Below are positions 1-9,291 of a stretch of 64,000 nucleotides of DNA, piece by piece. This DNA is from Bdellovibrionales bacterium (lineage in GTDB: Bacteria; Bdellovibrionota; Bdellovibrionia; Bdellovibrionales; UBA1609). The DNA is taken from contig OZ241877.1 in assembly GCA_965203095.1 (NCBI GenBank), positions 1,623,642-1,687,641 on the forward strand, in the 5' to 3' direction. The first letter of the stretch is position 1. Every line of letters starts with the position of its first letter. The notes under the pieces are model-generated. The model searched no databases. It saw only the letters and a list, made by a program, of their open reading frames with translations, and had not been told where the DNA came from. A program made the position numbers and the translations under genes.

Positions 1-1710
1 GAAAAAACCTCTATCTCCTACCGGCCCTCCCCCCTCAGGATAAAAACAGGTTTTATCTAAAACGACATGCCCCTTAGAGCCTTTAGGAATGCAGGAAGAA
101 TCCCAATCCGGCCCATGCCCTGTTCCTAAATGGGGAACTGGACTGCCTTCAGACAAACGAGCAGATGGTTTTTTTATAGATAAAACGGCAAGAATTTTCC
201 CTCTCTCTTTTTCTTTTTTATAGCCGGTAAACTCTGTTGCCGGAGAACCTGCCTTTTGGCCTATGGTTTTTGGGTATCTGGATTCCTGCTTTCGCAGGAA
301 TGACTGATTAGCTGAAGAACCTGCTTTTTGGGCTATGATTTTTAGCCCTTCCTTTTTAAAATCCTCCCAAAGTATTCCCACCAAGCCCTTGGCCAGTGAT
401 TGGCCAACTTCTTTTTTATATTCCGCCATCTCCTCTTCCGTAGGAACAGCCCAACCCTGCTCTTCAGCCATAAGGCGAGTCAGATCTATGGGAAGTCCAT
501 AAGTGCTATACAGATCCCAAACCCTCTCTTTAGGAATTTTTTTAGCTGGCAAAAAGGAGAGCATTTTCTCAAACTCTTTTTTGCCCTCTTTTAAAGTGCT
601 AAAAAATTGCCCGGCCTCCTCTTCAATGACTTGATCTATTTCCCCCATATCATTTTTGAGTTGGGGATAAATGCCTAATTCTTCCACTTTGCAGGGCAAG
701 GGCTTAGGAGGAATCTCCGACATAATTTTTACAACTTCTCTAACTCCTATTTTTAAAAGATTTTTCTTGGGATTTAATTTTTGGCTATAATAAAAAGCCC
801 TCCGGAGAATTTTCCGGAGGACATACTCCGCAGTATCCCCTCCCGGTAAAACTCCCTCAGCAATTAAAAAAGCCACAGCCCGGCTATGATCCGCCACCAC
901 ACGAAAAGCTTTTTGGATGGGAGTTTGAGCCTTTTCCTCAAAGTCATATTTTTTAAAAGAAGAAGCTTTTTCTAAAGCCAAAATTATTTTTGAAAAAAGA
1001 TCAGTATGGTAATTGCTTTTTTTGTTTTGAAGAATGGCAGAAAGTCGCTCCAAACCCATCCCCGTATCTACAGATGGGCGAGAAAGCTTTTTCCTCTCCC
1101 CCTCTTTGTTGTCATAAAACTCCATAAAAACCAAATTCCAAATTTCTATCAGTTGGTGAGTAGGGGGTCGTTTTTCTTCTCCGGAATAATAATGAATCTC
1201 CGAACAGTATCCACAGGGGCCAGAGTCCCCCATCTGCCAAAAATTATCTTTATCACTTAGGAGATAAATTTTATTTTCAGGAATTTTTTGTTTCCATATT
1301 GCATAAGACTCCGGATCCTCTTTATGAACTGTCACCCATAAATGGTCCGGAGATAGGCCCAACTCCTCTGTCAAAAAGGCCCAGGCCCCATTTATAGCTG
1401 ATGGCTTAAAATAGCCACCAAAGGAAAAATTGCCCATCATTTCAAAAAAAGTGTGGTGCCAGGGGGTCTCACCCACTTGCTGAAGATCATTATGTTTGCC
1501 ACCCGCTCTCAAACATTTTTGAATGCTGACTACATTTTCTGCCGGAGGGGGTTCTAAACCTAAAAAAACATTTTTAAACTGATTCATTCCCGCATTCACA
1601 AACAGAAGAGAAGGGTCATTATTCGGGATGAGGGAAGAACTGAGCTGGACCTTATGCCCTCGATTTTTAAAAAAATGGATAAACTTTTTTCGGATCTCAA
1701 AATGGGTCAT
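1..1710 (-). CDS. alaS: alanine--tRNA ligase, N-terminal ~570 codons; 3' end lies beyond the window start
   Basis: Not in the supplied track because there is no stop in the window. My translation from ATG 1710..1708 gives MTHFEIRKKFIHFFKNRGHKVQLSSSLIPNNDPSLLFVNAGMNQFKNVFLG...KCLRAGGKHNDLQQVGETPWHHTFFEMMGNFSFGGYFK, the class II AlaRS core. The frame was checked by hand over nt 1-~1020 and 1436-1710; openness of the untranslated stretch is inferred from the track listing no ORF here. The visible part ends ...VVLDKTCFYPEGGGPVGDRGFF. Confidence 0.9.
   Translation of the reverse strand, partial: MTHFEIRKKFIHFFKNRGHKVQLSSSLIPNNDPSLLFVNAGMNQFKNVFLGLEPPPAENVVSIQKCLRAGGKHNDLQQVGETPWHHTFFEMMGNFSFGGYFKPSAINGAWAFLTEELGLSPDHLWVTVHKEDPESYAIWKQKIPENKIYLLSDKDNFWQMGDSGPCGYCSEIHYYSGEEKRPPTHQLIEIWNLVFMEFYDNKEGERKKLSRPSVDTGMGLERLSAILQNKKSNYHTDLFSKIILALEKASSFKKYDFEEKAQTPIQKAFRVVADHSRAVAFLIAEGVLPGGDTAEYVLRKILRRAFYYSQKLNPKKNLLKIGVREVVKIMSEIPPKPLPCKVEELGIYPQLKNDMGEIDQVIEEEAGQFFSTLKEGKKEFEKMLSFLPAKKIPKERVWDLYSTYGLPIDLTRLMAEEQGWAVPTEEEMAEYKKEVGQSLAKGLVGILWEDFKKEGLKIIAQKAGSSANQSFLRKQESRYPKTIGQKAGSPATEFTGYKKEKERGKILAVLSIKKPSARLSEGSPVPHLGTGHGPDWDSSCIPKGSKGHVVLDKTCFYPEGGGPVGDRGFF
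242..343. repeat. palindromic repeat unit lying in-frame inside alaS
   Basis: A 30-nt imperfect direct repeat (242-271 vs 314-343, 26/30 by my alignment) flanks the palindrome ATTCCTGC-TTTC-GCAGGAAT (282-301). The same palindrome type recurs at 24906-24925, 55353-55372, 57262-57281 and 63851-63870. Confidence 0.7.
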
Positions 1711-1808
1711 GCCCTTTTCTATTTGGACCATTTTTTGCCTTATGTCACTGTTTTTTTGCTTAAAAACACCAAACAAATGCTGGTCTTTAGTTTATAAAAC
1801 CTTGAATT

Positions 1809-4382
1809 ATGAAAAAGTTAAGGGTAATAATGTCTCTTATGCCAAAGGCCAAACTCCTTATTGTGGAATCTCCTACAAAAGCCAAAACCATTAGTCGCTT
1901 TTTAGGCTCTAACTACAAAGTAAGCTCCTGTATGGGGCATATTCGGGACTTGCCAGAATCAGCAAAAGACATTCCAGCAAAATACAAAAAAGAACCTTGG
2001 AAAAATTTAGGGGTCAATACTGAGAAAAACTTTGAGCCGATCTACTGCATTCCCAAATCCAAAACGGCTATTGTCAAATCCTTAAAAGAGCAGATCAAAA
2101 AAGCGGGAGAGCTGATCCTGGCAACAGATGAAGATCGGGAAGGCGAGAGTATTAGCTGGCATCTTTATCAAATTTTAAAACCTAAAATCCCTGTCAAAAG
2201 GATTGTTTTTCATGAAATCACAAAAACAGCCATCCAGTCCGCTTTAAAAAACTATCGTCAAATTGATGAAGGGCTGGTTCAAGCTCAAGAGGCCCGAAGG
2301 GTTTTAGATCGCTTAGTGGGCTACAGCCTCTCCCCTCTTTTATGGAAAAAGATCACTACCGGATTATCCGCCGGAAGAGTGCAGTCTGTAGCGGTTAAGC
2401 TCATTAGTGATCGGGAAATAGATAGGATGAATTTTGTTAAAACCTCCCATTTTGGCATAGAGGGGCTTTTGCAAAAATCACAAAAAGGAAAGGGCAAAAG
2501 CCAACAATTCCCCTCCCATCTCCACTCCTACGAATCCAAAAAAATAGCAGTGGGAAAGGATTTTGATAGCCTCGGCCGGTTGAAAGACAAAAAACTCCTC
2601 CATTTTAAAGAAAAACAGGCGGGAGATCTGGTCCAAAAACTGAAAAAGGCAAAATGGATTGTGGAAAAGGTGGAAAAAAGACATATTTCCCGATCCCCTA
2701 AGCCCCCCTTTATTACATCTACCCTTCAACAAGAAGGGGGAAGAAAGCTCAACCTCTCCCCTAAACAAACTATGGCCTCAGCTCAAAAACTTTACGAACA
2801 GGGTTTGATTACTTATATGAGAACCGACTCTACCAGCCTTTCCCCCACAGCGATAAAGGGGATTCGAACAGCCATATCTAAAATTTACGGGAAAAAAGAG
2901 CTGGTGGAAAAAACCCGTATCTATAAAACCAAAACCAAGGGGGCTCAAGAGGCTCATGAAGCCATCCGCCCCGCAGGAACCCACTTTAAAAGTCCGGAAA
3001 AAACAGGTTTGGCAGGTAATGAGCTAAAACTTTACCAATTGATTTGGCAGAGGTCTCTGGCTTGCCAGATGAAAAACTGTGAACAAGAGCAAACTCAAAT
3101 TCAAATCAAGGCGGGGTCGGCTCTGTTTTTTTCCTCTGGTTTGAGGATAATTTCTCCTGGATTTTACAAGCTTTATAAAGATCAAGATGAAGGGACCGGG
3201 GCTTTTCTTCCCGCTTTAAAAAAAGGAGATCTTCTAAAGTGCCTTAAAGTGGAGAGCAAAGCAAAGGAGAGCCAGCCTCCCCCTCGCTATAACGAAGCCT
3301 CTCTCATTCAAAAATTGGAAAAAGAGGGGATTGGTCGCCCCTCCACTTATGCCCCTATTATCTCCACAATTCAGGATCGGGGCTATATCCAAAAACAAAA
3401 CAAAAACCTGGCCCCTACCTTTACGGCCTTGGCAGTGACAAGGCTTTTAAACCAACATTTGCCAGATTATGTGGATCTGGCTTTCAGCTCTAAAATGGAA
3501 AAAGCCTTAGACGATATGGCCATAGGTAAGGTGAAATACATAAAATATTTAAACTCCATTTATAAAGGGAAAGCGGGTTTAAAAAACCAAGTGGCGAGTT
3601 GTGAAAAATCTATAGATGGCTCAAAATCCCGAACTTTGAACTTTCCTCTTTTCAAAAATATCAATTTTCATGTGGGACGCTTTGGGGCTTACATCAGCCA
3701 AAAAAAAGGGGGGAAAGAGATCAAGTCCTCTCTTCCAAAGGATCTGTTCCTCTCAGACATCACTTTGGACAAGATAGAGGAAATTCTTAAAACAGAAAAA
3801 AGAAAAGATCAGGTTTTTGGAGTGGATCCCAAAACAAAAAAGAAAATTTTTATAAAAACCGGACCTTTCGGTCCTTATTTAGAGTTAGGGGATGGGCTGA
3901 AGCGAGTCTCTATACCTAAGTTCCTGCCTTTAGATAGTTTTAATATGGAACAGGCCCTCCAACTTTTAGAACTTCCCAAAGTTCTTGGAACTCATCCTAA
4001 AACAAAAAAAGAAATCAAAAAAAGCATTGGTAGATACGGCCCTTATATAGTGCATGATGGGGATTTTCGATCCATTCCCAACAGTGAGATTTTGTCCTTA
4101 GGTTTTAAAGAGGCTGTAAAAATTCTCTCACAGGAAAAAAAGAGCCGAAGGAAATCCTCAAAAAAAACCATTAAACAATTCACTCATAATAAGGACAGTT
4201 TGCAAATTTTAGAGGGCTACTCCCCTTACATTCGTTTTAAAAACAAAAATTATAGCCTTCCCAAAGGGACAGATCCTTTAAAACTCAGCCTTAAGGAGGC
4301 TCTTCAGATTATAAGCAAAAAAGGGGATTCTAAGAAGAAACCCACTCGCCGGAAAAAAAGATCAGGCAAAAAACGGAAATAA
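1809..4382 (+). CDS. topA: DNA topoisomerase I (type IA)
   Basis: Track ORF of 857 aa. TOPRIM start LLIVESPTKAKTI, acidic ATDEDREGE, active-site region LITYMRTDS. Four C-terminal GRFGAY/GPFGPY/GRYGPY/GYSPY repeats without Cys4 zinc ribbons, then a Lys/Arg tail. The true start may be ATG 1830 or 1839. Confidence 0.9.
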   Translation: MKKLRVIMSLMPKAKLLIVESPTKAKTISRFLGSNYKVSSCMGHIRDLPESAKDIPAKYKKEPWKNLGVNTEKNFEPIYCIPKSKTAIVKSLKEQIKKAGELILATDEDREGESISWHLYQILKPKIPVKRIVFHEITKTAIQSALKNYRQIDEGLVQAQEARRVLDRLVGYSLSPLLWKKITTGLSAGRVQSVAVKLISDREIDRMNFVKTSHFGIEGLLQKSQKGKGKSQQFPSHLHSYESKKIAVGKDFDSLGRLKDKKLLHFKEKQAGDLVQKLKKAKWIVEKVEKRHISRSPKPPFITSTLQQEGGRKLNLSPKQTMASAQKLYEQGLITYMRTDSTSLSPTAIKGIRTAISKIYGKKELVEKTRIYKTKTKGAQEAHEAIRPAGTHFKSPEKTGLAGNELKLYQLIWQRSLACQMKNCEQEQTQIQIKAGSALFFSSGLRIISPGFYKLYKDQDEGTGAFLPALKKGDLLKCLKVESKAKESQPPPRYNEASLIQKLEKEGIGRPSTYAPIISTIQDRGYIQKQNKNLAPTFTALAVTRLLNQHLPDYVDLAFSSKMEKALDDMAIGKVKYIKYLNSIYKGKAGLKNQVASCEKSIDGSKSRTLNFPLFKNINFHVGRFGAYISQKKGGKEIKSSLPKDLFLSDITLDKIEEILKTEKRKDQVFGVDPKTKKKIFIKTGPFGPYLELGDGLKRVSIPKFLPLDSFNMEQALQLLELPKVLGTHPKTKKEIKKSIGRYGPYIVHDGDFRSIPNSEILSLGFKEAVKILSQEKKSRRKSSKKTIKQFTHNKDSLQILEGYSPYIRFKNKNYSLPKGTDPLKLSLKEALQIISKKGDSKKKPTRRKKRSGKKRK

Positions 4383-4388
4383 AAAAAG

Positions 4389-5768
4389 TTAATTTTGAAA
4401 TGAATAAATATTCCGGAGAGCGAGAAGTTGGCTCAACTCATCTAAAGCGGTTTGACTTTCCCTCATAAGATCGGGGTCTAAAAGATCTTGGGGCTGGATC
4501 CGGTCCCTGTAGTGTTTTTTGATCCAGCTTTTAATTTGTTCATAAAGTTTTTGGCTCAAACAAACTCCTTTAGGGATGGTCATGGCCTCCTTTTCCGTTA
4601 AAACCACTCTGAATCTCAAACAGGCCGGCCCACCGCCATTTTTCATGCTCTGCCGGAGGGGGCTAAAAGCAATTTCCTTAATGGGGCTGTTTTGGCTCAA
4701 ATAATGAAGATAGCCTCTCACTTGCTCATCTTTTTGGCACTCTGTGGGGGCGAGCAAAAACCACTCCCCTTTTTTTAAACACAGTAATTGTGAGTTGAAC
4801 AAGTAGGAGCTGATGGCCCGGTGTAAAGGAATATCTTGTTCCCGAACTTTAATTTTTAATAAGGGGACATCTAATTTTTCTTCTATCTCTTGTAAAACTT
4901 TTTGTGTTTTGAGAAAGGCTTTTTCATGAAAAAATATTAAATTCTGATCCGCCACACAAAGCACATCATTATGAAAAGCCCCGGCATCGATGGCTTGAGG
5001 ATTCTGTGTGGCAAAAACTGTTTTGTCCGGTCTCAACTTATGACGAAAGGCCGTGATCTTAAAGGCCATTTCACTTTGCCGGGCCGGAAATTTTGTTGAA
5101 GAATGAGAACCTTCTCGCCCATAAACAAAAAACTCCACCCCCTTTGCAGAATAACTGGCACAAAAGCGACTGTGATTGGCTGAGCCTTCGTCTGAAAAGA
5201 GGGGCACAGTGGGCAAAGGGGGATGATGAACAAAAAGGGAAGGCTCTTTAAATATTTTTTTTAAAATTAAAGCGGTGGCTTTAGTTTCTAAAAAACGGTG
5301 CAGGCTGGTTTGCAAGTTGGCTGGAGTGAAATGGGCTTTTTGATCCTCTGTGTCGGCACTGGGTGAGAAAAGAGCACTATTGGCTGTCCACATACTTGAG
5401 GCAGAATAACAGCTGGCCAAAAGAGAGGGGGAAAAAGACCAAGCTGAGCTGAGAATTTTTTGGACAGAACCGGTAAAACCCAATTTTTTTAAAAAAAGCA
5501 GGTTGGGCCTTTCTTGTGGGGGCAAAAGGGCCTGCTTAAAACCTTTATCCATAAGAAACTTCATCTTCTGCAAGCCCTCTAAGGCCCCTGCCTGAGGGTT
5601 GGATATTTTGTGCTTGTTTTCCATAGAGGCCCTGTTCCCAAAAGAAAGCCCCGCATAATTGTGCGTCGGGCCGGGAAGGCCATCAAAATTGTATTCTAAG
5701 GCTCTATGATTTTTAATTTCTTTCAAGATCGGGAATTTGAACGCGTCCGGAAATCTCTTGTTCGCCAT
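4389..5768 (-). CDS. astB: N-succinylarginine dihydrolase
   Basis: NFDGLPGPTHNYAGLSFGNRAS near the N-terminus and GGGPACLRFRVVL near the C-terminus match the AstB family. The track start (5894) adds about 42 non-homologous aa and overlaps the upstream gene. ATG 5768 or a nearby non-ATG start is more likely. Confidence 0.85.
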   Translation of the reverse strand: MANKRFPDAFKFPILKEIKNHRALEYNFDGLPGPTHNYAGLSFGNRASMENKHKISNPQAGALEGLQKMKFLMDKGFKQALLPPQERPNLLFLKKLGFTGSVQKILSSAWSFSPSLLASCYSASSMWTANSALFSPSADTEDQKAHFTPANLQTSLHRFLETKATALILKKIFKEPSLFVHHPPLPTVPLFSDEGSANHSRFCASYSAKGVEFFVYGREGSHSSTKFPARQSEMAFKITAFRHKLRPDKTVFATQNPQAIDAGAFHNDVLCVADQNLIFFHEKAFLKTQKVLQEIEEKLDVPLLKIKVREQDIPLHRAISSYLFNSQLLCLKKGEWFLLAPTECQKDEQVRGYLHYLSQNSPIKEIAFSPLRQSMKNGGGPACLRFRVVLTEKEAMTIPKGVCLSQKLYEQIKSWIKKHYRDRIQPQDLLDPDLMRESQTALDELSQLLALRNIYSFQN

Positions 5769-6258
5769 AGACTTCAGTATTGCCAAAGACTTTAGCCCAT
5801 TCAAACACTTGAGCTTGATCAAAAATTTTAGCCTCTCCATAAATATTGGCCCGATCAAATACTTTGGCCTGGCCATAAATTTTGGCTTGCTCATAAATTA
5901 CAGGCCAGCCATAAACTTCAGCCTGAGCAAAAACCATAGCCTCTCCGTAAATGATAGCCCAGCCGGAAATTTGAGCTTCTCCATAAATTTGTGCATTGCC
6001 GGAAATTCGACCTCCGGAAACTTTGGCATTGCCAAAAACTTTGGCCTGACCTTTCACCACGGAATCGCCCGTCACATTGGCTTTATCGCAAACTTGAGCT
6101 GATGGTCCTACATAAACCGATTCTTCAACAAAGGCGGTATCCGCTACAAAACCTCCGCCGTAAACATGAGCTGAGCCTTCAGCCCCATTGCAGGGAATAG
6201 CGGATTTTGCTGAAAAAGCCCAACTGCTGATAAAAATAAAAAATAGTGTTTTCATCAT
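5713..6258 (-). CDS. secreted hexapeptide-repeat (beta-helix-like) protein, unknown function
   Basis: AAGGAG lies 5 nt upstream of ATGATG at 6258. Signal peptide MMKTLFFIFISSWAFSA. About 18 consecutive 6-residue units of the form A-x-[VI]-[FY]-G-x (AKVFGN AKVSGG ... AQVFEW AKVFGN TEVYGE). The track N-terminal extension to 6366 overlaps the guaA end. Confidence 0.6.
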   Translation of the reverse strand: MMKTLFFIFISSWAFSAKSAIPCNGAEGSAHVYGGGFVADTAFVEESVYVGPSAQVCDKANVTGDSVVKGQAKVFGNAKVSGGRISGNAQIYGEAQISGWAIIYGEAMVFAQAEVYGWPVIYEQAKIYGQAKVFDRANIYGEAKIFDQAQVFEWAKVFGNTEVYGEQEISGRVQIPDLERN

Positions 6259-6356
6259 TCGACTCCTTATTTTTGTTAGGATTATACTGAACTTCTCCCT
6301 AACTTCAAGAAAAATTAGGTTCATGACACCTGGAGAGGGGTATTTTATTAAAAAAT

Positions 6357-7877
6357 TTACTCCCATTCAATAGTTCCGGGGGGTTTGCTGGTAATGTCAT
6401 AAAGAACACGGTTAATCCCTCGGACTTCATTGGCTATCCGGCGGGAAAGCCCTCTCAAAAAATCATCTGGAAAAGCAAACCAATCCGCTGTCATGCCGTC
6501 TGAAGAAAGCACGGCTCGAATGGCCAAACTTCTCTCATAAGTCCGATGATCCCCTTGAACACCCACAGTTCGCAAAGGGAGCAAAACACAAAAAGCCTGC
6601 CAAATTTTATCATAGAGATCATGTTTTTTAAGTTCTTCCATATATATAGCATCGGCCTGCCTCAAGATTTTCAAAAACTCTGGCTCCACAGGGCCTAAAC
6701 AACGAATGGATAGGCCCGGCCCGGGAAAAGGATGACGGTTTAAAATTTCTTTTGGCAGGTTTAAAGATTGGCCCAATTCCCGAACTTCATCCTTAAAAAG
6801 CTCTTTTAAAGGTTCTACTAAAATCAGGTCCAGATCCTTTGGTAGTCCGCCCACATTGTGATGGGATTTAATGCTGAGTTCGCTTTTTGCCGGAGACAGG
6901 CTCTCTATCACATCAGGATATAAAGTTCCTTGGGCCAAATATTTGCAAGATTTCATCTCCTCCTTAAAAATATCTATAAATAGTTGGCCGATAATTTTTC
7001 GCTTTTGCTCCGGATCAGAAACAGCTTTTAAGGCATTGAGAAATCTCCCTTCCGCCCGAACCGCCTGAACATTTAAACCCATTGAGCTATAATAATTTAA
7101 AACCTCCTCATACTCCCCCTCCCTGAGAAGGCCAGTATCCACAAAAACACATTGTGTTCTCTCCGGGCCTAAGGCCTGAGAGATGAGAACCGCCGTGACT
7201 GTGGAATCCACCCCACCACTCAAAGCACAAAATACATTTTCCTTTTTGGGGACTGTCTTCGTGATTTTTTCTAAAAGCTCCTCTTTAACTGAATGAGCAT
7301 GCCACTTCCCCTCCCCAGCTTGACAATATTTAAGGGCAAAGGCTTTTAAAAGCTCCTTGCCCTTTTCTGTATGGCTTACTTCAGGATGAAATTGAAAGGC
7401 CAAAAGGCGATCCATAGAAAAGGCGGTAATAAGCCCTTTAGAATCTTTTGCCAACACTTTAGCAGAAGAGGGTAAGGAATTGATGGAGTCCCCATGACTC
7501 ATCCAAACTTTTTGCTTTTTGACCCCTGGCAAAAGTTTCTCTTGCCAATAAATAGTGCTGGAACCATAAGTTCGTTGAGAAGTTTTAGAGAGCTTTCCTC
7601 CTTTTTGAAAAGCCACCATCTGCATCCCATAGCAGATGGCCAACACAGGGGCTGTAGCCAACAATTCCTCTAAGGGGCGGTGGGGGGAAGAAGGATCTAA
7701 AACAGAATCAGGCCCTCCGCTAAGGACAATGCCCAAAGGCTTTTTATCCTTAATTTTTTGCAAGTTTTCATCATAAGGCATTAGCTCAGAGTAATAGCCC
7801 ATCTCGCGAAAACATCGGGCAATCAGCCAAGTGTATTGGGAACCAAAATCCAAGATAATAAAAGGTGGATTTTTCAT
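6357..7877 (-). CDS. guaA: GMP synthase (glutamine-hydrolysing)
   Basis: N-terminal class I GATase, SGGVDS PP-loop and the C-terminal KPPGTIEWE typical of GuaA. Confidence 0.95.
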   Translation of the reverse strand: MKNPPFIILDFGSQYTWLIARCFREMGYYSELMPYDENLQKIKDKKPLGIVLSGGPDSVLDPSSPHRPLEELLATAPVLAICYGMQMVAFQKGGKLSKTSQRTYGSSTIYWQEKLLPGVKKQKVWMSHGDSINSLPSSAKVLAKDSKGLITAFSMDRLLAFQFHPEVSHTEKGKELLKAFALKYCQAGEGKWHAHSVKEELLEKITKTVPKKENVFCALSGGVDSTVTAVLISQALGPERTQCVFVDTGLLREGEYEEVLNYYSSMGLNVQAVRAEGRFLNALKAVSDPEQKRKIIGQLFIDIFKEEMKSCKYLAQGTLYPDVIESLSPAKSELSIKSHHNVGGLPKDLDLILVEPLKELFKDEVRELGQSLNLPKEILNRHPFPGPGLSIRCLGPVEPEFLKILRQADAIYMEELKKHDLYDKIWQAFCVLLPLRTVGVQGDHRTYERSLAIRAVLSSDGMTADWFAFPDDFLRGLSRRIANEVRGINRVLYDITSKPPGTIEWE

Positions 7878-8214
7878 AACAAAAAATTAGGCCCCGCCCA
7901 TTATACGGCTTTGTTTCCAGTTTTCATGTCTTTTTTGAACTTTTTTTGTTAAAATCTCTGTTTTTGTCCTTTTTTTTATTCTAAAATCAACCGATAGGCT
8001 TTATATGAAAGCCTATTTGTTTTTTGCCTTTAAAATTTTTGTTTGGTCTTTTGTCCTTTTTTCACTTTTTATGGTCGGATTTTTTTAAAAAAGCCATTAA
8101 ATACCCTTAAATTGAATAAATTTTTTTTTCATTTTTCATTCCCTCTTATTTGATCACTTGTAAAAATTACACAATACTTGACTCTTTTTAAAGCCATAGT
8201 GTAAAAGCCTTGCT

Positions 8215-9291
8215 ATGCAAAAAATAATTTATGCATTTATTTTTCTCCCTCTCCTTTTCCTGTCTAATGATTGCTACGGGTCGGGGAGAAGATCTAAAAC
8301 ACCAATATCAGACACTATTGAAGATGTGGGATCAGAGTTATTGGGTATTGCAGTAACTCCACTTGCAGTCGTTGAGGAGGCGGTTTCAGGTCCGTTTGAA
8401 GATGGAGGGTTAGAAGAGTTAGCCTCTTACCTTGAAGATATCGGCCCGTTGCCAGCCAAAAAAAAGAAAAAGAAAAAGATACTATCTGAAGAAGAAAAAG
8501 CAGAGAGAAAAGAAATAAGAAGAAAAGAAGCAGAAGAAAGAAAACAGAAAGCCGAAATCGAAAGAAAAGAAGCAGAAAAGAGAAAAGCAGAAAGAAATAA
8601 AGGAGCCACTGCACTCCATCACCTTGTTCCTGAAAAAAGACTATCAATTAATTTAGAGCTTTCAGACAGTGTAAGCTATTCATTTTTGATAAAGTTCAAA
8701 GTTATAGAGGAAAAAAGCGAAAGACGAAGAGCAAATATGGCGAATACTATTATAAAAAACGGTGTGGATATCAATGCCAAAAACGGTGATGGTGAGACTG
8801 CTCTGCTTTTATCCATTAAATGGCATTATCCATTGGTTTTTAAACAACTTTTAGCTCATGGAGCCGATATCAATCTTTCTGACAAGTGGAATAACAGCCC
8901 TGCCCATTGGCTCTTTTCCCTGCCCAATGAGAGGGTGTTCCCTCCTGAACACTGGCGTTCCTATTATGTTGAGGATTTTGTCCAAAGATGGTTTAGCTCG
9001 CTTTTTTATAAAAAAGATCTGGATTTATCTATCAGAAATAATGAAGGAAAGACAGCCTTAGAGCTGGCTGTTCAAAATGGCTATCGGCGAATGGCCTTAT
9101 TGATAATAAAAAAAGGAACGGGCTATCTAAGCCAGAATGAAAGAGAGCGTATCCTCCGTCAAGCTGTAGAACAGAGCTGGCCGGGGGTTGTTAAACGACT
9201 AAGCAATAGGAACAATCTATCGACTTCAACTCCCTCCCCCAGTTTTTTTAAGAACTGCCGAAGAGTTTTTTCTGGCTTTTCTCCAAAGTGA
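8215..9291 (+). CDS. secreted ankyrin-repeat protein with Lys/Glu-rich low-complexity region
   Basis: Signal-like N-terminus MQKIIYAFIFLPLLFLSNDCYG. KKKKKKKILSEEEKAERKEIRRKEAEERKQKAEIERKEAEKRKAERNK. ANK units (NGVDINAKNGDGETALLLSI..., LLAHGADINLSDKWNNSPAHW, NNEGKTALELAVQNGYRRMALLIIKKG). The stop overlaps the trmD GTG start (GTGA at 9288-9291). Confidence 0.75.
   Translation: MQKIIYAFIFLPLLFLSNDCYGSGRRSKTPISDTIEDVGSELLGIAVTPLAVVEEAVSGPFEDGGLEELASYLEDIGPLPAKKKKKKKILSEEEKAERKEIRRKEAEERKQKAEIERKEAEKRKAERNKGATALHHLVPEKRLSINLELSDSVSYSFLIKFKVIEEKSERRRANMANTIIKNGVDINAKNGDGETALLLSIKWHYPLVFKQLLAHGADINLSDKWNNSPAHWLFSLPNERVFPPEHWRSYYVEDFVQRWFSSLFYKKDLDLSIRNNEGKTALELAVQNGYRRMALLIIKKGTGYLSQNERERILRQAVEQSWPGVVKRLSNRNNLSTSTPSPSFFKNCRRVFSGFSPK

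Noticed and set aside
400-1894. Plus-strand track ORFs 400..594, 1006..1260, 1628..1894
   Set aside because: They lie antisense to, or overlap, the clearly homologous alaS reading frame and the alaS/topA promoter region. They have no motifs and are low complexity.
2478-2984. Minus-strand ORFs inside topA
   Set aside because: They are antisense to a strongly supported conserved gene.
5737-6373. Plus-strand ORFs 5737..6102, 5991..6200, 6188..6373
   Set aside because: They are generated by the 18-nt periodicity of the hexapeptide-repeat gene on the other strand and are alternative-frame artefacts.
7994-8025. Orphan hairpin ATAGGCTTT-ATATG-AAAGCCTAT followed by TTGTTTTTT in the guaA/ankyrin divergent spacer (possible sRNA terminator)
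   Set aside because: I could not identify a convincing promoter or conserved element upstream. A single hairpin in AT-rich DNA is weak evidence.
8315-9061. ORFs 8315..8647(-), 8427..8609(-), 8858..9061(+)
   Set aside because: These are low-complexity antisense or alternative frames of the Lys/Glu-rich ankyrin gene.
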